Shown piece by piece: positions 54,181 to 62,959 of a stretch of DNA of 64,000 nucleotides (the first letter of the stretch is position 1; each line of letters begins with the position of its first letter). Both the position numbers and the translations under genes were made by a program. Origin of the DNA: Rubrivivax sp. Its GTDB lineage: Bacteria > Pseudomonadota > Gammaproteobacteria > Burkholderiales > Burkholderiaceae_C. The DNA lies in assembly GCA_027485165.1 (NCBI GenBank), contig JAIXRN010000050.1, positions 3,266 to 67,265 on the forward strand, given 5' to 3'. Under the pieces are notes generated by a model. That model was not told the DNA's origin. It ran no database searches and was given only the letters and a program-made list of their open reading frames with translations.

Positions 54181-55221
54181 TTGGACCTGTCCCGCTTCCC
54201 CCGCCGCCGCTACACCGCCCACGCCACCGCGCTGGAACCGCTGCCGCGCTTTTCAGCCCTGCTGGCACAGACCTGCCCGGGCGGCCGGGGCCCGGAGGTC
54301 TGGGTCAAGCGCGACGACATGCTGGGCCTGTTTCCGGGCGGCAACAAGACGCGCAAGCTGGAATTCCTGGTCGCCGACGCGCTGGCCCAGGGCGCCGACA
54401 CGCTGGTCACCTGCGGCGCACCGCAGAGCAACCACTGCCGCATCACCCTGGCCGCCGCCGCGCGCGAAGGCCTGCAGTGCCGCTTCGTCATTGAAGAACG
54501 CGTGCCCGGCAGTTACGACGCGCAGGGCAGCGGCAACCATTTCATGTTCCGGCTGATGGGCGTGGAAGCCATCACCGTGGTGCCCGCCGGCACGGCCATG
54601 GGCGCGGCCATGCAGGCCGTGGCCGACGAACTGCAGGCGAAGGGCCGCAAGGGCTACATCATCCCCGGCGGCGGCAGCAACGCGCTGGGCGGGCTGGGCT
54701 ACGTGGCCTGCGCGCAGGAACTGCAGCAGCAGTGCTTCGACGCCGGCCTGCGCTTCGACCGCGTGGTGGTGGGCTCGGGCAGTTCGGGCACGCACGGCGG
54801 GCTGCTGGCGGGCTTCCTGGGCAACCGCATCGACATCCCCATCACCGGCATCGGCGTCAGCCGCGACCCTGCCGACCAGGAACCCCTGGTGTGGAAGGAA
54901 ACCCAGGCCGTGTGCGACCTGCTGGGCCTGGGCCTGCACGTGCCGCGCGAATCGGTGGTCAGCGTAGGCGGCTACTGGCAGCCCAAGTACAGCGTGCCCA
55001 ACCGGCGCATGGTGGAAGCGGTGCAGATGCTGGCGCGCAGTGAAGGCCTGCTGCTGGATCCGGTCTACACCGGCAAGATCATGGCCGGGCTGATCGGCCT
55101 GGCGCGCGAAGGCGTCATTGCGGCCAGCGAACGCGTGCTGTTCCTGCACACGGGCGGGCTGCCTTCGCTGCACGCCTTCGAAGCCGCGGTGCTGGGCGAC
55201 GAAGCCGTGACGGCCCCCTGA
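54181..55221 (+). CDS. dcyD: D-cysteine desulfhydrase (ACC deaminase-like PLP enzyme)
   Basis: KRDD...GGNKTRKLEF, QSNHCR, GSGSSGTHGG, LDPVYTGK and FLHTGG motifs. Confidence 0.9.
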   Translation: MDLSRFPRRRYTAHATALEPLPRFSALLAQTCPGGRGPEVWVKRDDMLGLFPGGNKTRKLEFLVADALAQGADTLVTCGAPQSNHCRITLAAAAREGLQCRFVIEERVPGSYDAQGSGNHFMFRLMGVEAITVVPAGTAMGAAMQAVADELQAKGRKGYIIPGGGSNALGGLGYVACAQELQQQCFDAGLRFDRVVVGSGSSGTHGGLLAGFLGNRIDIPITGIGVSRDPADQEPLVWKETQAVCDLLGLGLHVPRESVVSVGGYWQPKYSVPNRRMVEAVQMLARSEGLLLDPVYTGKIMAGLIGLAREGVIAASERVLFLHTGGLPSLHAFEAAVLGDEAVTAP

Positions 55222-55237
55222 GCCCACAGCCACTGAA

Positions 55238-55288
55238 GAACGGCCCCCCTGGGGGGTAGCGAGCGCCAGCGAGCTTGGGGGCCCGTCA
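55238..55288. repeat. REP-like palindromic element between convergent genes
   Basis: ACGGCCCCCC...GGGGGCCCGT outer stem with an internal GCGAGC x2; the hydrolase stop codon lies at its right edge. Confidence 0.55.
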
Positions 55289-56569
55289 TCCGCAACGGCG
55301 GCCCCCGCCGCGCACGCAGTCGAAGAAGCCCAGCATCTGCGCCAGCGCCGGCGTGCGCAGGTCATCGGTCTCGAACAGCAGGCCGTGCCGCGCGCCAGGC
55401 ATCGTCTGCCCCACGCAGCCGGGGGCGCGGCTGCAGAACTCGCGCTGCGCATCGGCTTCCACCACCGTGTCCTGCCCGCCGTTGATCAGCAGCACCGGCC
55501 GCGTGACAGCCGCCGCCCCCGGCCCGCGCGCTTCGCGCGCAGCGCTGCAGGCCTGGCTCACCCAGCGCAGCGTCGGGCCTTCCACCTTCGCGTCGGCATG
55601 GCCGCAGTGTTCGGGCGCCGACGTGTCGGTGCAGGCCGATGCCCGGTCGGCCCAGCGCCGCATCAGCCGCGGCACGCTGTGGCTGAGGTCGTTGTCCTGC
55701 TTGGTGCTGGACGCTTCGAACGCCGCGCGCGCCGCGTCGAAGCCCTGGCCCGCCGCGCGCTGGGCCGACAGGCCCGGCAGCTGAAAGGGCAGGCGCGCCG
55801 CGAGCCCGTCGCACCAGCGCGCGGCGGCGCGGTCCAGGCGCGCGCCCAGGCCGGTCTGGCCGATGGTCGGCTCGAACATCGGCGTCACCAGCGCGGCGGC
55901 GGCCAGCGGTGTGGCGTCGCCCGCACGGGCCAAGTGCAGGGCCAGCACGGCGCCGCCCATCGAATGCGCCAGCGCGAACAGCGGGCGCGGGTTGCCGGTG
56001 CGCTGGGCCTGCACCTGAAGCGCGAAGCTGGCCAGGTCGGCCACCAGGTGGTCGAACTGGTCGATATGGCCCTTGTCGCCCTCGGCCGCGTCGGCCAGCA
56101 AACGGGTGGAAAAGCCCTGGCCGCGGTGGTCGTGGATGTAGACGCTGTAGCCGTTGGCCACCAGGTCGTGCACCAGTTCCTGGTAGTGGGCCAGACCTTC
56201 GGTGAAGCCGGGCACCAGCACGATGCCGCCGCGGCTTTCCTGCCGGTGCAGGTAGCTGCGGTGGTGGATCTTCACCGGCCGCTTTGCCCACCCGCTGGGC
56301 ACGCCCATGAAGTGGCCCACGCGCACGTCGGCGAATTCACGCGTGCGGGCTTCCATCTGCGCCGGCGTCATGCCGCCCATCTGGCTGAAACGCTCGGGCG
56401 TGGTCTGCACGGCGGCCAGGCGCGCAGGTGTCACCACCAGCGGCGCGAAGTCGCGCAGCGCGCTGGCCGGCAGCGGCGGCGGGGCGCTGGCGCAACCCGC
56501 CAGCAAGGCCAGGCCAGCGGCTGCCAGGGCGGCCTGTGCCGCGCGCCAGAAGGTGGGTGAGGTGACCAT
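55286..56569 (-). CDS. Lipoprotein alpha/beta hydrolase (lysophospholipase PldB-like)
   Basis: Lipobox LLAGC, PGFTE, DHRGQGFS, AHSMGG nucleophile, DTVV and HGL; TGATG overlap with the MFS gene. Confidence 0.85.
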   Translation of the reverse strand: MVTSPTFWRAAQAALAAAGLALLAGCASAPPPLPASALRDFAPLVVTPARLAAVQTTPERFSQMGGMTPAQMEARTREFADVRVGHFMGVPSGWAKRPVKIHHRSYLHRQESRGGIVLVPGFTEGLAHYQELVHDLVANGYSVYIHDHRGQGFSTRLLADAAEGDKGHIDQFDHLVADLASFALQVQAQRTGNPRPLFALAHSMGGAVLALHLARAGDATPLAAAALVTPMFEPTIGQTGLGARLDRAAARWCDGLAARLPFQLPGLSAQRAAGQGFDAARAAFEASSTKQDNDLSHSVPRLMRRWADRASACTDTSAPEHCGHADAKVEGPTLRWVSQACSAAREARGPGAAAVTRPVLLINGGQDTVVEADAQREFCSRAPGCVGQTMPGARHGLLFETDDLRTPALAQMLGFFDCVRGGGRRCG

Positions 56570-57924
56570 CAGGTGTCCTTGCGGCCGAACTCGGGGTCGA
56601 TGCGGATCCAGGCCGCGGCCAGGAACGACGGCAGCGTGGCCACGCAAGCCCAGATGAAGAAGTTGACGTAGCCCAGCTGGTCCTGCAGCCAGCCCGACCA
56701 CATGCCCGGGATCATCATGCCCAGCGCCATGAAGCCGGTACACAGCGCGTAGTGCGCGGTCTTGTGCACCGCACTGCCGTCTGCGCCACCGGCCACCATC
56801 AGCATGAACACCATGTACGCGGTGAAGCCGAAGCCGTAGCCGAACTGTTCCGTGGCCACGGCTGCGCTGACCAACCACAGGCTGCCCGGCTGCCACACCG
56901 CCAGCGCCACGAACACGGTGTTGGGCACGTGCATGCACAGCACCAGCGGCCACAGCACGCGCTTCAGGCCGAAGCGCGAGATCACCCAGCCGCCCAGCAG
57001 CCCGCCCAGCGTGAGTGCGCCAATGCCCACGGTGCCGTAGGCGATGCCCACGTCCTGCGTCTTCAGCCCCAGGCCGCCAGCGGCCACCGGGTCCAGCATG
57101 AAGGGCGTCACCAGCTTCAGCAGCTGGGCTTCGGCGAAGCGGTACAGCAGCAGGAAGGCCAGGATGCGGCCGATCTCGGGCTTGGCGAAGAAGGCGGCGA
57201 AGACCTTGAAGAAGTCGGCCCAGAAGTGCTGGCCGCGCGGCACGGGCACATCGCGCGCCGGCCGCGGCAGGGCCCAGAAATGGAAGGCCGCGCCAACCGT
57301 GAACACCGCCGCCAGGGCCCAGAACACCATCTGCCAGGCGCTCACCACACTGCCCGTGCTTTCCTGCAGCCAGCCGGCCAGGTAGACCAGCCCGCCCTGG
57401 CCGCCGATCATCGCCAGCCGGTAGAAGGTGCTGCGCACGCCCACAAAGGCGGCCTGCGTGCGCTGCGGCAGCGCCAGCATGTAAAAGCCGTCGGCGGCGA
57501 TGTCGTGCGTGGCGCTGGCGAATGCCATCAACCAGAACACGGCCAGCGTCATCTGCAGCATCTTCGGGCCCGGCAGCGTCAGCGCCACCAGCGCGAAGGC
57601 CACGCCGATGGCGAACTGCAGGCCCACGATCCAGCCGCGCTTGCGGCCCAGCAGGTCCACCACGGGCGCCCACAGCGGCTTCACCACCCAGGGCAGGTAG
57701 AGCCAGCTGGTGTAGAGCGCGATGTCGGTGTTGCTCAGGCCCAGGTTCTTGTACATGACGACGGCCAGCGTCATCACCACCACGTAGGGCAGGCCCTGGC
57801 CGAAATAGAGCGTGGGGATCCAGCGCCAGGGGCGGGCCGGGGGAACGGGCTGGGCCGTGGGCTGGGCCGCGGCAGCGGCAGCGGGCATGGCAGCGGGCGC
57901 GTCAGGAAGAGGGTGCGACGACAT
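56569..57924 (-). CDS. AmpG-like MFS permease
   Basis: TLYFGQGLP, PWVVKPLWAP.VD, SATHDIAADG and GYGFGFTAY motifs of AmpG-type transporters. Confidence 0.82.
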   Translation of the reverse strand: MSSHPLPDAPAAMPAAAAAAQPTAQPVPPARPWRWIPTLYFGQGLPYVVVMTLAVVMYKNLGLSNTDIALYTSWLYLPWVVKPLWAPVVDLLGRKRGWIVGLQFAIGVAFALVALTLPGPKMLQMTLAVFWLMAFASATHDIAADGFYMLALPQRTQAAFVGVRSTFYRLAMIGGQGGLVYLAGWLQESTGSVVSAWQMVFWALAAVFTVGAAFHFWALPRPARDVPVPRGQHFWADFFKVFAAFFAKPEIGRILAFLLLYRFAEAQLLKLVTPFMLDPVAAGGLGLKTQDVGIAYGTVGIGALTLGGLLGGWVISRFGLKRVLWPLVLCMHVPNTVFVALAVWQPGSLWLVSAAVATEQFGYGFGFTAYMVFMLMVAGGADGSAVHKTAHYALCTGFMALGMMIPGMWSGWLQDQLGYVNFFIWACVATLPSFLAAAWIRIDPEFGRKDT

Positions 57925-58138
57925 GGGGCGCGATGTTCACACAGGCCGGCCCGGGTGTTGCTTCCACGCTGCGGCTGGTCCGCCGGACGCCCCAATCTGG
58001 GCCAGCACAGTGGCATTTCCCGATGGCGGCGCAGAAACTCCGCCACAACACTGTGTCTGCTTTGTTTCGCCAATCCATAAGGGCCTGCCGGCCGGACGCG
58101 CCGGCCAGCGCCCACACACCCCGCGAGGAACGCCCCCG

Positions 58139-61009
58139 ATGAAGCTGCTTTCCCTAGTCACCGGCCTGGCACTGGCCGGACTGGCCACGCACACGCTGGC
58201 GCAAAACACCCAGCCGCAACGCATCACCATCACCGGGTCCAGCATCAAGCGCATCGCCACCGAAGGCGCACTGCCGATCCAGGTCATCACCGCCGCCGAA
58301 CTCGACCGCCAGGGCATCACCAGCGCCGAGCAGGTGGTGATGGAGCTGTCCACCAACGGCAACGGCCTGGACAACCTGGCTTCCAATGCCGATGTGGCAG
58401 CGGGCCCGGACCAGCGCGGCAACAACGGCGCCACCAGCGCTAACCTGCGCGGCCAGGGCAGCAACGCCACGCTGGTGCTGCTGAACGGCCGCCGCCTGGC
58501 GGCGCACGGCCTGAACGGCGGCACGGTCGACCTGAACCAGATTCCGATGGCGGCGATCGAGCGCATCGAAATCCTGAAGGACGGCGCCAGCGCCATCTAC
58601 GGCACCGACGCCATCGGCGGCGTCATCAACTTCATCCTGCGCACCAACTTCACGGGCGCGCTGGTGCGGGCCACGGTCGACATCACGCAGGCCGGCGGCG
58701 GCAACATCTACAGCGGGGCCGTGGTCGGCGGGCTGGGCAATCTGGACACCGATGGCTACAACCTGCTGGCCACCCTGAACGTGCGCGAGAACAAGGCGCT
58801 GCGGGGCGACCAGCGCGACTTCGTCAACACCTTCCAGACCGACCGTGGCCTGAGCGTGGACACACGCGGCACGCCGTTCGCCACGATTTTTCCGCTGGCC
58901 GGCACGCTGTTCCCGAACGCCGCCGCGTTTCCGAACGTGCCCGGCACGACGCAGAGCGCATCCGGGGGCCTGAACGTGCTGGACCTGCCCGGCCAGCCAG
59001 GCTGCGGCAGCATCCCCGGCCAGGCGCCTTACGAGGAACTGCTGTGGAACACACCCAGCGCGGCCTTGTCCTGCGCCTGGGACACAGGGCGGGCGGCCGT
59101 GCTGCAACAGCCCGTGACCGGCACCAACCTCGTGATGCGCGGCACGCTCAAGCTGGGCGAACACCTGCTGGCTGCTGAATTCGTGGGGTCGCGCACCGAA
59201 TCGGCCCGGCGTTTCTCGAACCTGCAGCTCTTGCCCAACACCACCACCCAGCAACTGCGCTACCCGCGCAACAGCGCGTCGCAGGCCAGCTATGACCTGG
59301 TGTTCAATGCCCTGCAGGCCGCCTTCCCCGGCCGCTTCACCGAAGCGCAGCGCGGCCAGTCCCTGGCCTACCGCTGGCGCTGCATCGAATGCGGCCCGCG
59401 CGAGATCGACACCGAGGCCGACACCCGGCGCTGGGCACTGAGCGCCGATGGCCCGCTGTTCGGTGGCTGGGACTACCGCGCCGGCGCCCTGCAGGCCGTC
59501 AGCGAAGCCAAGTCCACGCTGGGCGGTGGTTACTACTTCCGCGGCACCACGGCCACCGGCGCCAGCGACGGCGGCCCCGGCATCATCCCGGCGCTGAACA
59601 GCGGGCGCGTGAACATCTTCCTGCAGCCCGGCCAGACGCAGAGCGCCGACGGCCTGGCCGCCCTGGAAGAAGCATCGGCCCGGGGCACGGTGCTGTACGG
59701 CGGCAAGTTCACGGTCACGCAGATCGACGCCAGCGCCAGCGGCAAGGTCTTCGCCCTGCCGGCTGGCGATGCGATGGCGGCTGTCGGCGTGGACTTCCGC
59801 AGTGAGGAATACAAGTTCAACGGCGACGAGCGGGCCGCCGCCGCCCAGCGCGTGGTGCTGGCCGCGCCTTTCGACCAGGGCAACGTCCTGTCGGGCGTGA
59901 AGCGCGACGTGAAGGCGGTGTACGGCGAACTGCTGCTGCCCGTTGTCAAGGGCGTGGAAGTCACGCTGGCGGTGCGCCGCGATGAATACGACGGCTTCGG
60001 CACCACGACCAACCCCAAGGTCTCGGCCCTGTGGAAGCCCTCGGGCGAGTTCCTGGTGCGGGGTTCCTACAGCACCGGCTTCCGGGTACCCACCTTCAAC
60101 CAGCTGTACAACGGCGTTTCCGAGTCGCTGTTCACCGGCACGACCCTGGTGGACCCGCTCACCTGCCCGGGCGGCCGGCCCAACACAACCGAACCCGGCT
60201 GCGCCTTCATCGACCGGGCCGCCGTCATCATCAACGGCGGCAAGACCGACCTCGGGCCTGAAGAAGCCAAGATGGCATCGGCCGGCTTCATCTGGGAGCC
60301 TACGCCCCTGTTCAGCGTCGGCATGGACTGGTGGAGCATCAAGCGCGACGGCACGATCCAGACACTGTCGCTGACACAGCTGATCGACAACTACCGGCTG
60401 TTCCCCGAGCGCTTCATCCGCAACGCAGCGGGTACCCTGATCGCCGTCGACCAGCGCGTCATCAACGCGGGCGAGACCGAGACAACGGGTGTGGAAGTGA
60501 ACCTGCGCGGCGGCTTCAACGCGCTGGGCGCGCGCTGGACGGCCACGCTGGACGGCACCTACCTGCTGAAAAAGCGCTCGCGCGTGGTCCCCACCGCCGG
60601 CTGGGGCCCCAGTGAAGTGGGGCGCTGGACGGTTGCCGGCGATCTGGGCTTGCGCTGGAAGCACAGCGCCGGCCTGACCTACCGCCGCGGTGACTGGAGC
60701 AGCACGATCAGCCAGACCTTCCGCAGCGGCTACAACGACCAGGTACTGCCCGGCGTGCTGGCAGGCCGCGTGAACCCGCCGAACTGGAACCCCAAGGTCG
60801 CCGACTACATCACCTACAACCTGGGCGTCACCTACACCGGCATCAAGAACCTCACGCTCACGGGCGTGGTGAAGAACCTGCTGGACACGGACCCGCCCTT
60901 CTCGGTGGCGTACGACAGCGCCACCGGCGCAGGCAGCAGCTGGGAACCGCGGGTGGGCGACCCGCGCGGGCGCTCGTTCGTGCTGACGGCACAGTACCGC
61001 TTCTTCTGA
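58139..61009 (+). CDS. TonB-dependent receptor
   Basis: Signal peptide, RITITGSSIKR, ANLRGQG...TLVLLNGRR, IERIEILKDGASAIYGTDAIGGVINFI and terminal YRFF. Confidence 0.95.
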   Translation: MKLLSLVTGLALAGLATHTLAQNTQPQRITITGSSIKRIATEGALPIQVITAAELDRQGITSAEQVVMELSTNGNGLDNLASNADVAAGPDQRGNNGATSANLRGQGSNATLVLLNGRRLAAHGLNGGTVDLNQIPMAAIERIEILKDGASAIYGTDAIGGVINFILRTNFTGALVRATVDITQAGGGNIYSGAVVGGLGNLDTDGYNLLATLNVRENKALRGDQRDFVNTFQTDRGLSVDTRGTPFATIFPLAGTLFPNAAAFPNVPGTTQSASGGLNVLDLPGQPGCGSIPGQAPYEELLWNTPSAALSCAWDTGRAAVLQQPVTGTNLVMRGTLKLGEHLLAAEFVGSRTESARRFSNLQLLPNTTTQQLRYPRNSASQASYDLVFNALQAAFPGRFTEAQRGQSLAYRWRCIECGPREIDTEADTRRWALSADGPLFGGWDYRAGALQAVSEAKSTLGGGYYFRGTTATGASDGGPGIIPALNSGRVNIFLQPGQTQSADGLAALEEASARGTVLYGGKFTVTQIDASASGKVFALPAGDAMAAVGVDFRSEEYKFNGDERAAAAQRVVLAAPFDQGNVLSGVKRDVKAVYGELLLPVVKGVEVTLAVRRDEYDGFGTTTNPKVSALWKPSGEFLVRGSYSTGFRVPTFNQLYNGVSESLFTGTTLVDPLTCPGGRPNTTEPGCAFIDRAAVIINGGKTDLGPEEAKMASAGFIWEPTPLFSVGMDWWSIKRDGTIQTLSLTQLIDNYRLFPERFIRNAAGTLIAVDQRVINAGETETTGVEVNLRGGFNALGARWTATLDGTYLLKKRSRVVPTAGWGPSEVGRWTVAGDLGLRWKHSAGLTYRRGDWSSTISQTFRSGYNDQVLPGVLAGRVNPPNWNPKVADYITYNLGVTYTGIKNLTLTGVVKNLLDTDPPFSVAYDSATGAGSSWEPRVGDPRGRSFVLTAQYRFF

Positions 61010-61134
61010 CCACCGCCCGGGCCCGTGGCGCCGGCTGAAGTCGCGGCGCCGCGCCCGAACCCGCACCCTCACCTGCTGGGTTTGCGGCGTGAGGGCGGCT
61101 CTTCCGGGCGCGATCGGCCAGGACCCACCCGCAC

Positions 61135-62157
61135 GTGCTGACGACCCTGCTGCAACGGCTGGCCACCTTGGTGCCGACGCTCATCGGCGTCACCCTCGTA
61201 GCCTTCGCCTTGATCCGCCTGGTACCCGGCGACCCGATCGAGGTGATGGTGGGCGAACGCCAGCTCGACCCCGCCGCGCACGCCGCGCTGATGGCGCAGC
61301 TGGGCCTGGACCAGCCGCTGCATGTGCAGTACCTGCGCTATGTGGGCGGCCTGCTGCAGGGCGACCTGGGCAACAGCCTGGTGACGCGGGAAAGCGTGGC
61401 GGCGGAATTCGCCGTGCTGTTCCCGGCCACCATCGAACTGGCCGGCGCAGCCCTGCTGCTGGCCCTGGCCCTGGGCCTGCCACTGGGCATGGCGGCGGCG
61501 CTGAAGCGCGGTTCGTGGTTCGACCAGGCCGTGATGGCGCTGGCCACCGTGGGCAACAGCATGCCGGTGTTCTGGTGGGGCCTGATCCTGATCATGTTCT
61601 TCAGCGTCGGGCTGGAATGGACGCCGGTGTCGGGCCGGGTGGGCATCGAATACGACGTCAACCCCGTCACTGGCTTCATGCTCATCGACAGCGCACTGGC
61701 CAGCTGGCGCGGCGAAGAGCCCGGGTCCTTCACATCGGCCCTGCTGCACCTGGCCCTGCCGGCCTTGGTGCTGGGCACCATCCCCATGGCCGTGGTGGCA
61801 CGCATGACGCGCAGTGCCCTGCTGGACGTGCTGCGCGAAGACTACATGCGCACCGCACGCGCCAAGGGCCTGAGCCCGGCGCGCGTGGTGCTGGGGCACG
61901 GCCTGCGCAACGCGCTGATCCCCGTCATCACCGTGCTGGGCCTGCAGGTGGGCAGCCTGCTGGGCGGCGCGGTGCTAACGGAAACCATCTTCAGCTGGCC
62001 GGGCATCGGCAAGTGGTTGATCGACGCGATTGCCCGACGCGACTACCCGGTGGTGCAGGCCGGCATCCTGGTGTCGGCCCTGACCTTCATCGCCGTCAAC
62101 CTGCTGGTGGACCTGCTGTACGGCGTGGTCAACCCGCGCCTACGGGGCGGGCATTGA
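61135..62157 (+). CDS. dppB: Dipeptide ABC permease DppB
   Basis: PGDPIE, GLDQPL..QY, FPATIEL, ARMTRSA, TARAKGL and VLTETIFSWPGIG...RDYPVVQ. Confidence 0.93.
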   Translation: MLTTLLQRLATLVPTLIGVTLVAFALIRLVPGDPIEVMVGERQLDPAAHAALMAQLGLDQPLHVQYLRYVGGLLQGDLGNSLVTRESVAAEFAVLFPATIELAGAALLLALALGLPLGMAAALKRGSWFDQAVMALATVGNSMPVFWWGLILIMFFSVGLEWTPVSGRVGIEYDVNPVTGFMLIDSALASWRGEEPGSFTSALLHLALPALVLGTIPMAVVARMTRSALLDVLREDYMRTARAKGLSPARVVLGHGLRNALIPVITVLGLQVGSLLGGAVLTETIFSWPGIGKWLIDAIARRDYPVVQAGILVSALTFIAVNLLVDLLYGVVNPRLRGGH

Positions 62158-62166
62158 TGGCTTTGC

Positions 62167-62186
62167 AGTCAATGCTGGCATTGACT
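62167..62186. promoter_or_regulatory. Palindrome upstream of the TA pair, candidate autoregulatory operator
   Basis: AGTCAATGC-TG-GCATTGACT; the right arm includes a -35-like TTGACT. Confidence 0.55.
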
Positions 62187-62225
62187 ACACTGAGCCACCT
62201 CTTCACTGCATCATCTGCCCAAGCC

Positions 62226-62537
62226 ATGGCCACGCTGACGATCCGAGACCTGGAAGACAGCCTGAAGCAAGACCTGCGGGTACGCGCGGCCCAGCAGGGG
62301 CACAGCATGGAAGAAGAAGCGCGGCAGATCCTGCGGCGTGCGCTGCAGCCGCAGGGTGGCGCGCCCGATCTGGCGGCGCGCATCCGCGCGCGTTTCGGCG
62401 GCCTGGGCGATGTGGAGCTGCCGATCCCGCAGCGTGAACCCGTGCGTGACGCAGGCCTCTTCCAGGAAGGCAGTTCCAGCCTGGCGGCCGTTTCCGGGCC
62501 CGCGACTCGGCGCCAACAGGCGCGGCGGCGGCCTTGA
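62226..62537 (+). CDS. FitA-like ribbon-helix-helix antitoxin
   Basis: MATLTIRDLEDSLKQDLRVRAAQQGHSMEEEARQIL is a typical FitA/Arc RHH N-terminus; TTGA overlap with the PIN gene. Confidence 0.88.
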   Translation: MATLTIRDLEDSLKQDLRVRAAQQGHSMEEEARQILRRALQPQGGAPDLAARIRARFGGLGDVELPIPQREPVRDAGLFQEGSSSLAAVSGPATRRQQARRRP

Positions 62538-62959
62538 GCATCGTCCTGGACACCAACGTGCTGTCCGAGCTGCTGCGCCAGCAGCCCGCGCCGCAGGTGC
62601 TGGCCTGGTTCAGCCGCCAGCCGGCTGACGGCCTGGTCGTCAGTGCCGTCACGCAGGCAGAGATGCTGCTGGGCGCGAAGCTGCTACCGGCCGGCGCGCG
62701 CCGCCGGCAGCTGGAAGCCGCCGTGCGGGCCCTGTTCGAAGTCGACTTCCAGGGCCGCATCTGGCCTTTCGACGACGCTGCGGCCACCGCCTATGCCGCC
62801 ATCGTGGCGGGGCGCCGCGCTGCGGGACGGCCGATCTCGCAATTCGACGCCCAGATCGCTGCCATCGCCACCGCGCGCAAGGCGGCGCTCGCCACGCGCA
62901 ACCAGGCAGCCTTCGAAGGCTGCGGCCTGCGCTTGCACGATCCCTGGGCTGCAGCATGA
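62534..62959 (+). CDS. vapC: FitB/VapC PIN-domain toxin
   Basis: IVLDTNVLSE, SAVTQAE, DAQIAAIA and LATRN; the last acidic position appears altered (RNQAAF rather than RNxxDF). Confidence 0.9.
   Translation: MSIVLDTNVLSELLRQQPAPQVLAWFSRQPADGLVVSAVTQAEMLLGAKLLPAGARRRQLEAAVRALFEVDFQGRIWPFDDAAATAYAAIVAGRRAAGRPISQFDAQIAAIATARKAALATRNQAAFEGCGLRLHDPWAAA

Noticed and set aside
55286-57673. 795-aa ORF as a single protein
   Set aside because: Only the part from the ATG at 56569 is a coherent lipoprotein hydrolase; the upstream part is an alternative frame of the AmpG-like gene. The same applies to 10813-12468, 11715-13481, 50253-52625, 51836-53428, 22532-23857 and 61089-62537.
58011-58030. Sigma-54 promoter (TGGCAT...)
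   Set aside because: There is no GC at the -12 position with the required GG-N10-GC spacing.
58154-61072. 972-aa antisense ORF (also 6009-8219, 14766-16844, 43052-44965, 46374-48725 and others)
   Set aside because: These are shadow ORFs of well-supported genes in high-GC DNA and contain no recognisable motifs.
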